From: Amphiscolops sp. MND2022
Taxonomy: Eukaryota
Reading direction: 5' to 3'
Length of the DNA stretch: 64,000 bases
NCBI GenBank assembly: GCA_964187785.1
Contig: OZ076409.1
Location: 34,226,001-34,290,000 of the forward strand
The notes beneath the pieces were generated by a model that was not told the DNA's origin, made no database searches, and saw nothing but the letters and a program-made list of their open reading frames with translations. Shown here piece by piece: positions 12,330 to 25,529 of the stretch. Every line of letters begins with the position of its first letter. The stretch's first letter is position 1. The position numbers and the translations under genes were made by a program.

Positions 12330-13452
12330 GTTTATATAATAAATTTGATTGGCTGGATTGCTAGGATATTTGATTTTTTGATATTTTTCATGGGAAAAAG
12401 GGCTTTCAGGCCCAAAGGGAACATCTTTTTCGGTTCTCGCTTTAGTTTCATTGTTTCTGGTGGGGGAGAAGCCAAAAACTTTTGGTTTATTGATGTTTTC
12501 GGTGAGAATAGAAGCAAAAAAGCAATTTTAAGTCCAAAGGGGCCCTTTGTTTTTTTTGGTACTGTGGAAAAGAATCCTTGACGCTTTGTAGTACTTTTTG
12601 AATCTTAGGCGGGGCGGCGATTTATGCCGCTCCCGGCTTGTTTTTCACTTTGCTTGTATCTTGGATATATTTTTACTGTGGTTTTTTTCCAATTTATTTG
12701 AATCACTTCTCTCCAATGAAATTGTATTCGGTTAAGTCCAAGGTATTGGAACCGAACCAATTTTATTACTTTTTGAATTGCTTCTACTAGCCAGTTTCAG
12801 GCTTCAAAAGAAACTTGAATTGCAATCATATGCTGTTCTCACTAATCAAACATCACCTGTTTTTTCCTGTAGAGCTTTCCCTCCGATGGGAATTGGTTTG
12901 CTCAAGGAATTGCCACTAAATCTGATGGCATGAATTTGTCTAATTTCAATAGTCCTAAAAATGACTGGTTTTGATACTACTTGTATAGATAAAATCAGGA
13001 GAGTGATTTCCAATTCGATCAATATGACCTGCATTGCTTTGGAATAGAAGATACAAGCACTAGTTTATTTTGTTACGAGGGACTGCGAGATCACCTTTCT
13101 TAGTTTTTCTTTAGTATGCGGGTTTTTCATAGCGAAAGTGTCCCGCTCTTACCTTGAAACTTTCCATTCTGAGAAGTTCATTTTTTGCAATCTTCTAGCC
13201 TACATTTTTTGCATCATCTACGGAACAAAAAAGTTCAAAGGGTCCACGTTTTTGGGGTTTTTATACCCCTGGGTAACTTTTTATGAAATTCTCAATTTTC
13301 CCAAAGGGTGCTTTGATTTTGAAGTGAAGAAATCTCAAAGGGTGTTTTTTGCACCGAGAGATTTAATAAAAAATAGTCTTCCAGATTATTCGAAAGACTT
13401 TGAGCTTCTGAAGCCTTGAGCGGGTGCCGACGTGGGACGTTCTCCTCTTGTT
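12330..13452 (+). mobile_element. Fragments of a non-autonomous repeat family with GC-rich hairpin-like ends followed by CTTGTT (Helitron/Helentron-like, tentative)
   Basis: Related ends GGCGGGGCGGCG...GCCGCTCCCGGCTTGTT (~12608-12641) and GCGGGTGCCGACGTGGGACGTTCTCCTCTTGTT (~13420-13452). Confidence 0.3.
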
Positions 13453-14899
13453 CTTCCGAGAACTCTCAAAAAGCTGAATTTGATCTGATATGTCAGTTGG
13501 AGTTGTAGTAAAAATTACTTTGAGCTGAGGAAAAACGCGTCTAAACATGCGGTAATTAGAATAAATAACTTTGACGACAATCGTTAACGGTCGCTTAGTA
13601 CGCTACAAAGAGGCAGAGAAACCTGTAGCAATAGTGATAGCGCCCAGGGCTCGCTCCACAAAATAAAACTCCCCGACTGGTCTCAGTTTTTTATTGCTGT
13701 CAGTAACGAGCTTTTTGCTTTTACTTTCACCAGACCACAACTTAAACAGCCTTCAAAACGTGCCAAGATGAAACACTGTAAATTTCCAGTTGTTCAAGGT
13801 AACCAATGGCCCAACGTTACCGTCTAAAAGTAGCCATAAAATCACCACATCATTAAAACAATGCACCGTAATTGAAAAAGCCTGAAATTGACAATCGAAA
13901 ATAACCCAAAATTTGATAGTTTCATCGAGCCATATTTCAGCATCGAATGACAGAATGACATCCTTATTAGGGCCAACACTAATTTTTTTGATCCGAACTA
14001 CCGATCTAAGACAAAAAACCAGAAATTGATTCGTTCTTATAATTTTTATTTTTTTTCTGGAGGGTTCTTAGCCCTTTTCGAGCAATATAACATTTGCTGG
14101 CAAATATTGCCCTCCGTTACCTGTTTAGGCCACTTTAGCGCTCATGTTTCTTTGTGCTCGTGTTGTGAGAACATATTTGAGTATTTTAGCCAGTGTTAGC
14201 CTACTTAGATAGGCAGAAAGTGCCCAAGTTAGTGTTTTTACTGATCACACAAGTGTAGTTACTTGTTGTAAATCAGATGATATACAATATAACTTAAAAT
14301 TTACGCATACATATTTGTTTCTTTATTGTTCACTCTATTAGTCGATATACCTGAGATGTTGTACGACCGTAGTAGAATTGAAAATTGACTTCTTTAAAGC
14401 AAGTTGTGAGTGTTTTTAGAAGTTTAAATATTCAGTTTTCATCACAGATTTGTAGAGTTTTCGGGAATTTTACAAATTTTTGCAAGTTACAATTTTTCCA
14501 GGTACAGGCCGACGGTTCGAACGCATTAGCTACTAGAATCAGCCTTTACAAGAATCGTGTCCATACAACAGTTATCCACATTTAGCATATAAGCTGGTGC
14601 TCTACAGACACAAGTTTTAATAGAGGCAAAAAGACTCATTGTAGCTAGGATCTGATCACCACATTCAGAAGCTTCATGCTAAAATCGTATAAGCAGCCAT
14701 GATCAGAAATTCTAGCACATGCTAAAAAGATTCTTTTTCAAAGCCTTCTTGCTCTCTTCGCCTGCTCTTCTGCTCTGACATGACTTTGTTTCATGTTCAA
14801 ACTGGCGGAAACAGTGACATGAACAGTTTGGATTCAAAATTTTCACATTTATCTTAGTTTCTTCATCACCATCAACATGTTTCGGGGGTAGAGCCATGC

Positions 14900-15070
14900 A
14901 TCAGAGGGCGCCTTTACAAACCAGAGCTTCCAACGGAGCTATGAAGCATTAGCGCCTGGGAACGCGAAACTACAAATATTTTCCGCAAAAAATGTACCGC
15001 ATCAACACGGGTTCGAACCCACGACCTCGTGCCTGCCAGGCAGATTCATTACCAACTGCGCCATGGTGAC
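14900..15070 (-). mobile_element. tRNA-derived SINE, family A
   Basis: Minus strand GTCACCATGGCGCAGTTGGT (A box) ... GGTTCGAACCC (B box); no valid acceptor stem; related copy at 60640-60764; 3' boundary approximate. Confidence 0.7.
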
Positions 15071-15779
15071 TAGAATTTACCAAACGGAGTAATAAAGTGG
15101 AGATTTGGCAGAAATTGTAAAAAAAACGCAACAGAGATCATGATTTTCCTCCCCCATTATTTGTGACCGGAAGTAACAAAAATTTGCGATTGCACTGATG
15201 CTCTACAACGCTCTGAAATCGCCTCCTGGGAGAAAGAATCTGCGTTGTCTTTACTGGACCAGAAAAACAACACCTAAATGCGATAAAGAATTTCATATTG
15301 AGCTGACCTTACGTTAGACACTGTACAAGCCTCGTCTACTGGGAAAGTCCGATATCGGCTGAAGCCGGCGCCGTCTCAAAGCTTAAAATACACTTAGTCA
15401 TTGGAACTGGTTCAATAACTTTTTTTTGCAAAATTTCGAAACCATCGTATAGTGTCGAAAACAACCAACTCGTGGATTTTTTGGGCTCTCTTTGCTTCCA
15501 AGTGGATCCAAGTTTGGATAAATTTAATTCGAAAATTTTGGAAATACAATTCGAAAAAATCTCACAATGCCAAAGGAATCCAAAGGGGACACTCTCCCCT
15601 GTTCTGTTTTTTTTTTCAAAAAGGCAAAATACTCAGGTGACCAAAAAGAAGACCCTTTGATTGTGTTTTGGATTTCGTGTAAATATCTTCGGATGCTTTT
15701 TTATTTCTTGCATCATCTCATGCAGATTTTCCAAACTTTTGTTTTCTCTTGAAAAAACGATAAATCTTCTTAGTATTCT

Positions 15780-16330
15780 AACACGAAGTCTTTTTCACGC
15801 TGTTTCTGTCATTTTGCGTTTATGTTTTAGGAGTACTTTTCCCCTGGTCTGGAGGATTGGGTGAGACTCTTAATTCTTGGGTGAACAATAGTAATACATT
15901 TTTCTATTACAGCACATTTTACAAAAATGCCCTACTTGAGAATTTCCAACAATATTCCCAAACTGTATTGGACATTGCGATCAAAGTAAGTGTTTTTATT
16001 CAAGTTTTTTTTCGGAACCCTATATGCATAAATGGATGAAGGTTTTCTAATCAGTAAAGACTTTCTCAGTTTTAAATGTTGAGATACTTTTTTGTCAAAC
16101 ATTCGAGGCTGGAAAGTGTCTCGATGTTTTCCTGAAGGCGTGTGAACCGAATGTACAAAACTATTGTAGTGTCACGGCGCTTCATCGTTGAGGAAAAAAA
16201 TTCAGTAGACATAGAAGATTTTTGTATGGTTCCTAATTCTGATATGAAGTTTTCTCTAATAAATTGTTGTTGACATTGACATACAAAGTTTTGCTTCTGG
16301 TAAAGATAATATTTTTCAAGCATTTTGATG
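15780..16330 (-). pseudogene. Possible very old LINE endonuclease remnant
   Basis: Minus-strand fragments TLYVNVNN and NPPDQG resemble APE motifs; many stops. Confidence 0.25.
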
Positions 16331-16733
16331 AAAACTTATAGTTTTGCTCAGTTTGGCAAACCATATAATTCAAAGTGCGAGATTAATAAAAGTTACCATA
16401 ATAAAAGAAATTTTATGCTGCTGGAAATTTTAAAGTGGTACCAAATAATGTTGGACTTGAGAATTTATCTTTTGCCCAAAGTACGTATTAATAGTAACAG
16501 TTCTTTGCTTCTCGCATAATTGTAACCCTTCGTTGTTTTACCCAATTTTGTTTTGACAGTGTAAATAATCTGTTGGCTGGCTACACCATTCTAGAGAGTT
16601 TAGGCGAGTTCTAATTCATTCTCTGATATCTTACCTAAATTTGATGACGAATTTCAAATATCCGAGATTCATTTGTACCGTAATTATTTAAGAGCCTGGT
16701 GACTTCAGTCGATATTGTTCAAATGCTGCAGTG

Positions 16734-19700
16734 ATGTCATCAACTAGCTTCTTGTTTTGTCTTTTGGGCCTGATTTGTCTTCAATCAATTTTTGAAGCCA
16801 GAATTGATAGCTCACTAGAAGATGAAATTGTTCCCCTGAAAGAAGCTAGCAAGCACACAAAAGATGCAAGCGACCCACCAAAAGACACGAGGAAACCATC
16901 AGAAAGAGCAAACATACCTCCAGAAAAGATAGTCGAAAATCCGAAAAGTTCAATCACAACGGAAAAAGAAAAAATTGACAAGCCAAGCAACAATGTAGAA
17001 GCTCCAGCAGAGCAACCAGTCAAACCAGATAGACAACCAGTGAAAGAAACAGGTATCCCTCCGAAAAAACCAGTCCAAACAGCAAAAGAAACAGTCAAAC
17101 CAGTCAAAGAAAAAGGCATTCCTCCGCAAAAATCAGTCCAACCAGCAAAAGAACCAGTTAACCCACAGAAAGAACCAGACAAAGATGATAAAAAACCTCT
17201 TCAACCAGAAAAAGAAACAGTCAAACCGGATAAACAATCGGTCAAGCGTAATGATGAGCCAATTAATCCACCGAAAGAGGCAATTCAACCGCCAAAAGAA
17301 GCTGCTAATCAGCCTAAAGTACCGGTCACATCTTCGAAAGGAGAAAACGTTAAAGTTGCGAAAGAAAATGTTAAACTAGAAGATACGAAAGAAATAAAAA
17401 AGCCGCGAGAAGAGAAGAAAGAAACCCGCGAACACGGAAAAAGAGAAAAAGAGTTTGATGAAGTATTCGATTCATTGAAAGAAACAATCCAATTGCATAA
17501 AGAAGATACCGAAACTAATGAATTGCCAACGCAAAGCACTAAGCAATCAGAAAACACTTTTAACGCTTCGAAAAAACAATCTTCAGAACCTATTCATGTC
17601 GCAATATTAACAGGATGTGATTCCCATTTTTCCGTGACTGCCCAAATTGCTTCCTCGTTAATTAAATGGCCTTCGATTGCAGGAAAATATAGAGTCACCT
17701 ACGTCACAAGTTCCAATTGTAGAGATCGAGTTGAGAAACTGGGCGCGCAACTACATGACAATGGAGTGTGGTATTTCCCTATCACAGACCCTGATGTCGG
17801 GGTGTTCGAGTTTTACAAGAATCTTACCATGGGTTAGTGATGTGATTATTAGAACATTGACTCAGGAAACCAATAACAACAAGAGCACAATTTTTGATTG
17901 AAGAATTAACTGGTTGATTTGACATTTTGGGTAATGAGCAAGGGTCACGCACTTCCGCCTTTATTAACAGTGTTGTATACTTTGAATATAAAGTAAGACA
18001 ATAAGGATGTTGTGTTAATAATCTATTCTGATCAGTATCACGAATGCAAATGTTAGTGAATAGATTCGTATGTTCTAACATAGTATACATAGCAGGCAGA
18101 TGACGAAGTCAACATAAAGGTGGTGGTAGGAATGATTGACATGCATGTCTGTCAAGGTATTTATATCACAAACAGCTTCTTGGTAACAAGTGAAATAGAT
18201 GACGATTTGAAGCACAATTGGCAATGAAATAAAGAATGACAAATTTCTTTGTCAGTCAGCCTTTGAAAAACATTACTCTCTGAAATATTTCCCCCGGACA
18301 AAAAATTGACAAGATCTTTGTACGAAATCTGTGCCGGGTCTGGATCCAGAATAGGATATCACTGGCCACAGTCATGACAACAGAGTTCAAATAGTCTAAG
18401 AACGGCGTCTTTCAGAGAGAACTGGAAATCCTGCTTAGCTCAAAATATCTAGATTCAACAAAAAAATTACAATTTTTTCAGCTGTGTTTTTCAACCTCCT
18501 GTGAAAGTTCAACTCAGTTCAACAAGAAACCATTGCAAAACCATCAATACAAACTTTGTATCAGCATCGGAGATTGTAATTATAGCACCAAGAAAACAAT
18601 TCGGGCCAAGAATATAAATTTATGGAGTCGAAACTTTATTAGTGATTGCCTATGCGAAAACAAGATGTTGAGAAGTTCAAATACCACAAAGAGACACTTT
18701 TATTTTCTGTATACAACCGATAGTTTGTCTTATTTCGAATGTGCAAAAATATGTTTTCATTTTCTGTCACATCGTTTTTTACATACAGTTCTCAGAATAT
18801 CAATGACATCGCAGTTTACAGTCACCTGGAAATACTCAAAAAAATATGTCGAAACCGTATTGGCAAATCTTCATGGATCCAAAAGTCACCTAAATGTTTT
18901 CCAAGCTTAAAACTTTGTGTTTCAAAATCTCACAGGTCTTGGAATTTTGAAACAAGATTTCACGAATTTCTAAGAACGTTCTGAATTTCGGGAGCATGGT
19001 ATAGTGGTTAGAGTAATCGACATGTACTGAGGCGGTATGAGGTTTGAACCTCTCTACACACCATTACTGAGCCTTAATCAATTCTTATCCTTACCATCAT
19101 CTTTACCCGGGTTGACCCTCTTACTAGCATCTTGACTGTCTTGGCAAGATTTTAGCAAATTCTTACTACATCTTGGCAACCATGGAACCCATGGAAAGAT
19201 TCTTATTAAGATCTTACTAAGATAACACATTACTTCAAGATCGTATCTTATGATGAAGGAGAAAATTCTACGACTATAAAAAACACTATACCTTCGGTAC
19301 AAGCAGCCGAGGCTCAATCTAAAGTCTCTTTTCACCCAACAACGACTATTTTTACTCGTTTTCACTGTCGAAGTGCTTCAACCTGCTGAAACAAATTTGC
19401 ATGCAAAAATGCGTGAAAAATTACGATAACGTATCTTGGCTTCCGAACTTCTGACGAGATTCCTGATAACTGCTCACCTCTTTAAGTTTAGAGAAATGCG
19501 AATGTACCAAATGAAAGCTCATTTCAAGGGCTTTTGAAAACTTGCAACTTATAACTTGCCATTTTCAGAGACGGAGAAAAATGCCCTCAAACGTCCAAAG
19601 CCACTATCGGAAAGTTACTCAGGGAACACTAAGAAATACGGATGTACTATTGTCAATTCATATCACCAGCTTTCTTTGAGCCTGTTTCAGCAGCCATATT

Positions 19701-22491
19701 ACTGCTGAAAACAGCTGTCATTGGCCCGGTTTGGGTAATGATTCATCTCCTGGCTTGGGTTTTTTGACGCCAATCAGTGCTTCCCTAAATAAACAGCATA
19801 AGGACTCTTAAATCAAATTTTATACATTGGTAACAGAACGTTTTAATGTCTCACAATGTAAATCTGCATAGATGTTGATTTTGTTGACAGATTCTTTCTG
19901 GCCAAATAGGATTTTACAATAAAATTTTTTTGGGAACATGGCTCTCTTTTGAGATCTTACCATGGCATTAATTACTAATTTAATACCGTGGCAAGATCTT
20001 GTCAAGATCCTAGCCAAGATTGTTCCAAGATCTTGCCAAATTAATACCGTGGCAAGATCTTGTCAAGATCTTAGCCAAGATTGTTCCAAGATCTTGCCAA
20101 TATCTTACTAAGATATCCACAGAGGGTCAACCCGGGTAGTTTGGTGGTATGGTCAATGACAAAAATAACGCAATTGGTGGAGAAAAGCAGAAATAAAAAA
20201 AACAACAATGAGAAGTCAGACCTTTGTGACCTTGAACAAGACACTTACAATCCACAGCTTCAAACCAGCCATTGCTTGACCACTTGGCTGCGAATATGGT
20301 AAAATAGGGTCCGAAAGGGTGCCGACTGAGAAAAGCAGAACTGCTTTCTCAGGATCGACCTGGCGGAAGAGGGAAAAACATTCTTTCGTTGACGTATTTA
20401 TAGAACTTTACTGGACTTTCAAAAGTGTGTCACGACAGAACATCGACTATTTCGGCCTTCCTGATTGACAGTCTTTCCACCAATAATCCAGATTTTTATT
20501 TCAAAAAAGTTGCTTTTCTTAACGTTTCTATGTGATATTATGGATTTCACATTCACATCTATATTGAAGTAGGCTGGTGCATGGGCGAAAAAGGAGCTTT
20601 TCTAGTATGCGGTCAATCCTAGTAACCCCTTTTTTTCTAGTGACCTCTGTCAATTTTTCTCCCAAGTTTTTGAAAGGATTTTTTGTTTCAACTGTTCAGG
20701 CATAGCAAAACTAAAACCTTATGTCAGAAGTGGTATGGTTTTGTCATAAAAAGCACCAGCACGTCACAATTTGTTGCGAAGTCTTTTGCACCTCATTTAT
20801 CAAGAATAACTTGTGCGGGAAAACAAATGTTAATCAAAAGATGAGTCATTAAAAACGATTGTGAATATTAAAAACGATTGTGAATTCCAACGTCATCGCT
20901 TTACAAATTTATCAACGGTTCATTTTTTTAGGTATCCTTATTCACACCGTCAGTAGTTTGGAGAGCTTGATGATGACGGACCGACCAGACATTGTCATCA
21001 GTGACCCATTTGGCGCTGCTGCAGGAACCGTAGCTGAGAAATATGACGTGCCTTTCTTAGTGGGCTTGATCATGTCATTTCCTTCTACCCGACAATGCAA
21101 GGATGGAGCAAAAGTACCAACTCCTTTGACGCCATCCTTCATTTTAGACGAAAGCAATCCTATGTGGTTGTTGAAAGCTGCCTGTACTGTGCATAATCAT
21201 ATTGGTACTATAATGACGGAAGTTATCGCCCACGAAGCCCGTTGGAAGATGAATGAAATTCGCCAGAGTAACAACCAGGAACAGTTCGACAATATCAACC
21301 ACATGTTTTCCTACTATCCAATCCTTTCGTTACTCGGTTAGTTGTTACGTGGAAGACTCATTATCGAAAGATTGGTAATTTTTCCAAAACCTAAATGATT
21401 GCAACCATAAATGACGTAGTTTCGATTTTTTTTGTCCGAATTCTATCCAAACTTGAAACTATCTGAAGATGACACTTATAACTCAATAAAGATTGGTTTT
21501 ATTTCTAGGAAAACCATTGACTCACACAGACAACTATGAGGACAAAATATTGCACGTCGGTGTTCTTCCTGATGTTTCCCCAGCTGTTGAGACGAAAATG
21601 GAGCCTGAATTGATTGATTTCATCCAAAAAAGCGACAAGCCTTTGATCTACATTTCTCTTGGAACTTATTTTGCGTTCTCAGAAAAGCACTTGCAGGTCA
21701 TTGTTGATGCCTTAGCATGGCAGCCTCACTATAATGTTATCTGGTCTAATAAACGGTGGACTCCTGAAATGGATGAAAAACTTGACAAAGGAAGATTTTT
21801 CATGCGAGCTAGTCTTCCTCAACGAAATATTTTGGAGTGCGGAAAAGTGTAAGTTCTCTCACATTTGGAAAGTTTCGGAAAACGTCAATTGCGTTATCCA
21901 TGAATGTCGTTATCCACAATTGTCAGTGTTTTTCAAGTATTCGGATGTTTCCTGGAGATTGTGTTTGTTTATTGAAACATTTGTTTCAGGAAGATCTTTG
22001 TTTCACATTGTGGTGCCAGTTCTCTGGTAGAAAGCATTCGAGCTGGTGTACCAGTCATCGGGGTGCCTCAAGGAAGAGACCAATACTTTCTGGCTCGAAG
22101 TGCCGAAGTTGCCAAAATGGGAGTTCAACTCTCCAGTGAACCTGCCCCGCAAGATCTGCTTCAGGCCTTGGACACAATCAGATCCAATTGGCTCTTCTAC
22201 CACAACAACATGAAAGATGTTTTGCATCAGTTAACACACAACTCTCAGCAAAATTTGGAGCGCGTTATTGACATGTTCGTTGCTAAAGGTCACGCTGTGG
22301 TCTTTAAAAACAGCTCCCTTTTCCCTAGCACTCACGCATTCGCATTGTTCGGAACAGTAGTTATTCTACTTCTTGTTATACCGATCTCGATTTTGTACTG
22401 CATGCTTCGATTGTGCTGCTCAAGAAAGTCAACATCAGTAACTGATGACAAGAAGACGAAAAAGAAAAAGAAGAAGAGCAAGAAAGATTGA
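16734..22491 (+). CDS. UDP-glycosyltransferase (GT1/UGT family) paralogue 1, 781 aa; exons 16734-17832, 20932-21336, 21509-21848, 21990-22491
   Basis: Signal peptide; catalytic-His region GCDSHF; PDIVISD; LIYISLGT; signature LPQ...FVSHCGASSLVESIRAGVPVIGVPQGRDQ; C-terminal TM helix and KSKKD (KxKxx). GT-AG introns phase-compatible; exon sum 2346 nt. Confidence 0.93.
18990..20350 (+). mobile_element. tRNA-headed SINE, family B (CORE-like), split by a MITE; in UGT1 intron 1
   Basis: A box TGGTATAGTGG, B box GGTTTGAACC; body resumes after 20138 and matches 40160-40470. Confidence 0.75.
19106..20136. mobile_element. Non-autonomous TIR DNA transposon (MITE), 1031 bp, TA target duplication
   Basis: 16-bp perfect TIRs CCCGGGTTGACCCTCT / AGAGGGTCAACCCGGG flanked by TA on both sides; subterminal CAAGATCTT-type repeats; a 61-bp tandem duplication at ~19980-20100. 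Confidence 0.88.
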
Positions 22492-23342
22492 GGTAATGAA
22501 GATAAAAGAATGGGTGAATAACTATAATATCAACACCAATGGTGCATAGGAGTCATATACTTGTGAAAAACATGTCATGTTTATTTCTCTTCAAATTGTA
22601 TTCCTTGCAAAGTCATTGTTCATCAACATATTCTGAGTTTGTCTGTCAGTCTTTATCAGATCGCCAATTACGGGGCTATGGCAATTTTCAAGTGCCAATC
22701 GAATGCTGAAGAGCATCCAACAAGAGATAATAATATTCATTAATTTACAAAACATTGCCCAGGTTGACCCTCACAGAACTATAACGTCTATCGTAGTAAG
22801 ATCGCTAAATGTTCGTACCAACGGGGCACTCATGCTAAAAATGCATGTTCGCAGAGCTTTTTCCATCAGTAAATAAAAAAGCATGGCAATTATGATGCAT
22901 AATATATTCATTTCACCACATTTTTTATGCGCCCATTTCAGCGTTTTTATTGATTTCTGGCATGCAGTAGTTGGTGGTCATACACCCCGTTTTTTGAGAA
23001 CTATTTTAATAAGAACTGAGGCTCAGTTTTGTAAATTTTTAAGAGCAGTGAGCTCAACTGAAAAAAGGTTTTCATAGAAAAACTGAGTGTAAATCACATT
23101 AGTAACTTAAAATTGCCCAAAAATGGTGAATTGATGTGAAATTTCGAATCAACATTGGGAACTTAAGCGTAGAGCACTGTCATTTTTTCTAATTGATTTT
23201 TCACAAAACATACTGCTACTTTGCAAGGTAGTGGTCTAAACCAGGTTGAAATTCCATTGATTATTTACAGTCACTGGAATGCGTTGCGATCTCTGTATAC
23301 GAACTCTATCATAAGTTTCATAGTGCAATCTTACTACAGCAT

Positions 23343-25529
23343 TGTCACGACCCGCTCCCGGTCGGGATTTTTCCTGTTGCGGGGGAATACCGAAATTTGC
23401 AAGAGGACGAGGACATGGCAGAACCACACACAACTAGGTAAAAACTTTGACTGATCACTTACCTTTGTTTAACTGTAGTACGAGTTAATAATCAGAACAA
23501 AAGGATTTTAGCCTAACGAAAGCGATAAGTAAAATATCCAAAAGTGATTTTAGTCGGAACGAGACTTCCGGTATAAAGTTTTCATGCGTGACCGTTCCGT
23601 TACTTCCGGTTTCGTCAGCTGAAAATTCCATACAAATCTAAATAACAAATTAAAAACATTCTTAACTTTGGGACCTTTCTCTATTCCACACTAAAATGAA
23701 AACATCAAAATGAAATTCAATTCCGAGGTCCCAACGGAATTCATACAATCTAAAATGAAAGAACATACAAAGAGAATGGCGGAATTGTTTTCCAATGATA
23801 GAATAGTTGTGAATATCCACTTAAGAACGCAGTTAAGCAACTTGAGAGAATATCTACAACGTAATGACGGCGTCACTCAGCTTGATTGAAGAGTAGATGT
23901 TTCTATTTTTACGGACCAATAGCGTCGCCTTTCACCATTCCTAGTTACCATAGCAACGCCAATTAAGCGAGAGAATAAGAATGAATTTGTTAATGCTGTC
24001 CGCTCTGTCTCCGCAAGCAAGCGTTGCTCAGTTATACCTAATCTTAATACGTACGGAGTGCTTACGGAGCAAATTGTAATGCGAAGAAGCTATACCTAAT
24101 CTTAATACGTACGGAGCGCTTACGGAGCAAATTGTAATGCGAAGAAGCTATACATAATCTTAATACGTACAGAGCGCTTACGGAGCAAATTGTGAAATGA
24201 CAAAGTTATGCCTAATGTTAATACATACAGAACGACTAAAGAGAAATGCTGCAAGATCAAAATTGTTCTAATATATCAAGATATTCCTTATGCTATACGG
24301 AACCGTAAAGGAACTTCCAAAATATCATAACATTAAAATAATACCTTTCCGAATTGTTCCCGTTTAACACCGAATAAAATCGATCGTACTACAGGTTAAA
24401 ACAAAGGAAATCATTGAAAAAAAGGTGCTTTCCTTCATTTTGAAAAAGTTGTTTTGTACATTTGATATGTTATGTTCTTTGGGCTAAATGAGCCATTGTT
24501 CTGTATTAATCAAACCATTATGTTCCAATACATGTAAAATTAGTTCAGAAGCTTAAAATGATTCTGTGTTATATTGTTTGCCATCTCAGCTCATGATCAG
24601 TATTTTCTAGCATCATTTGTTCTCTTCAAAATATTCCCAGCACGTTTACCTAAAATCACTCCGAGATATTTCCGTAGTCAAGTTTGCTTGTCATTCTTTT
24701 ACCGCGAACAAGATGATTTTCACTAGTCTCGTGATGAATCGTTGATCACGCCTGCGTGCCTTTCGCGATGAAAATTCAACTAGGCTTCCATTTTGCCGCC
24801 TTTTCCGCGATCAAACCGGAAATGATGATAATGAACAAAAATGATTTCAACAAGCACTCCGTAAGGGAGCCGTGACTAGGAATTTTAAATCGTGAACAAT
24901 TAATTAAAGGGTTGAAATAACAAGGATGATTAAGCAATTTTGATGAACAAAACCGATTTTAAGGATTCCTAGGAATTTTTAGGTGAGGAACAAATGATGC
25001 TATGAAGGTATATATACCTGAGAAGATGTAAAATCTGTTAATCTGTTTTTTAATCTGCTACGTTAATACTTCGTTTCAAAACCATATTTTCTTTGAAGAA
25101 TTCGAGTTTTCCAAAGAATAACCTCTCTTTCTTTCTCTCTCTCAAAAATGACTACCAGAAGCCAGAAGAGAAAAGCTGCTGAGGAATTAGTTTCTACTGA
25201 AATTGAGACTCCATTACCTGAAACTAGCCAAAATTCAAATCCCGTAGCGGGAACGAGTAAATCTCCTAGAGTACTCACTGAAAACCTAGAGGGAATCAAA
25301 TCATCATTGAGGAAAGAGATCATGTAGGATCTTACTAAAATCTTAGCTGAAAACCAGAAGGAGATGCTAAAACTAATAGCTCCTACTGTTAAAAAGCAAA
25401 CTATCATAAGAGCCGCTGAGGAAACAGATTCTGAATCCGAAAACATTCCGGAAAATGCAACTTCAACACCAATCAAAAACAAAATCACTGCGACTACCCG
25501 TAAAATTACACCGGTAAATAGTCGTAACA
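23343..25529 (+). repeat. 5' LTR of element 2 (2187 bp)
   Basis: TGTCACGAC...GTCGTAACA ends; direct repeat of 36997-39182 with about 25 differences counted by eye; followed directly by PBS-like TGGTGACAAGAG. Confidence 0.96.
24033..24235 (+). repeat. 58-bp tandem repeat inside the LTR (3 copies plus a decayed partial); same array at ~37686-37890
   Basis: Unit TATACCTAATCTTAATACGTACGGAG(T/C)GCTTACGGAGCAAATTGTAATGCGAAGAAGC starts at 24033, 24091 and 24149. Confidence 0.92.

Noticed and set aside
15005..15070. Functional tRNA gene (also at 18990 and 60764)
   Set aside because: A and B boxes are present but there is no paired acceptor stem or canonical anticodon loop, and each has a diverged second copy with shared downstream sequence, as SINEs do
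24033..24235. CRISPR-like array
   Set aside because: Head-to-tail 58-bp units with no unique spacers, inside a eukaryotic LTR, no cas genes
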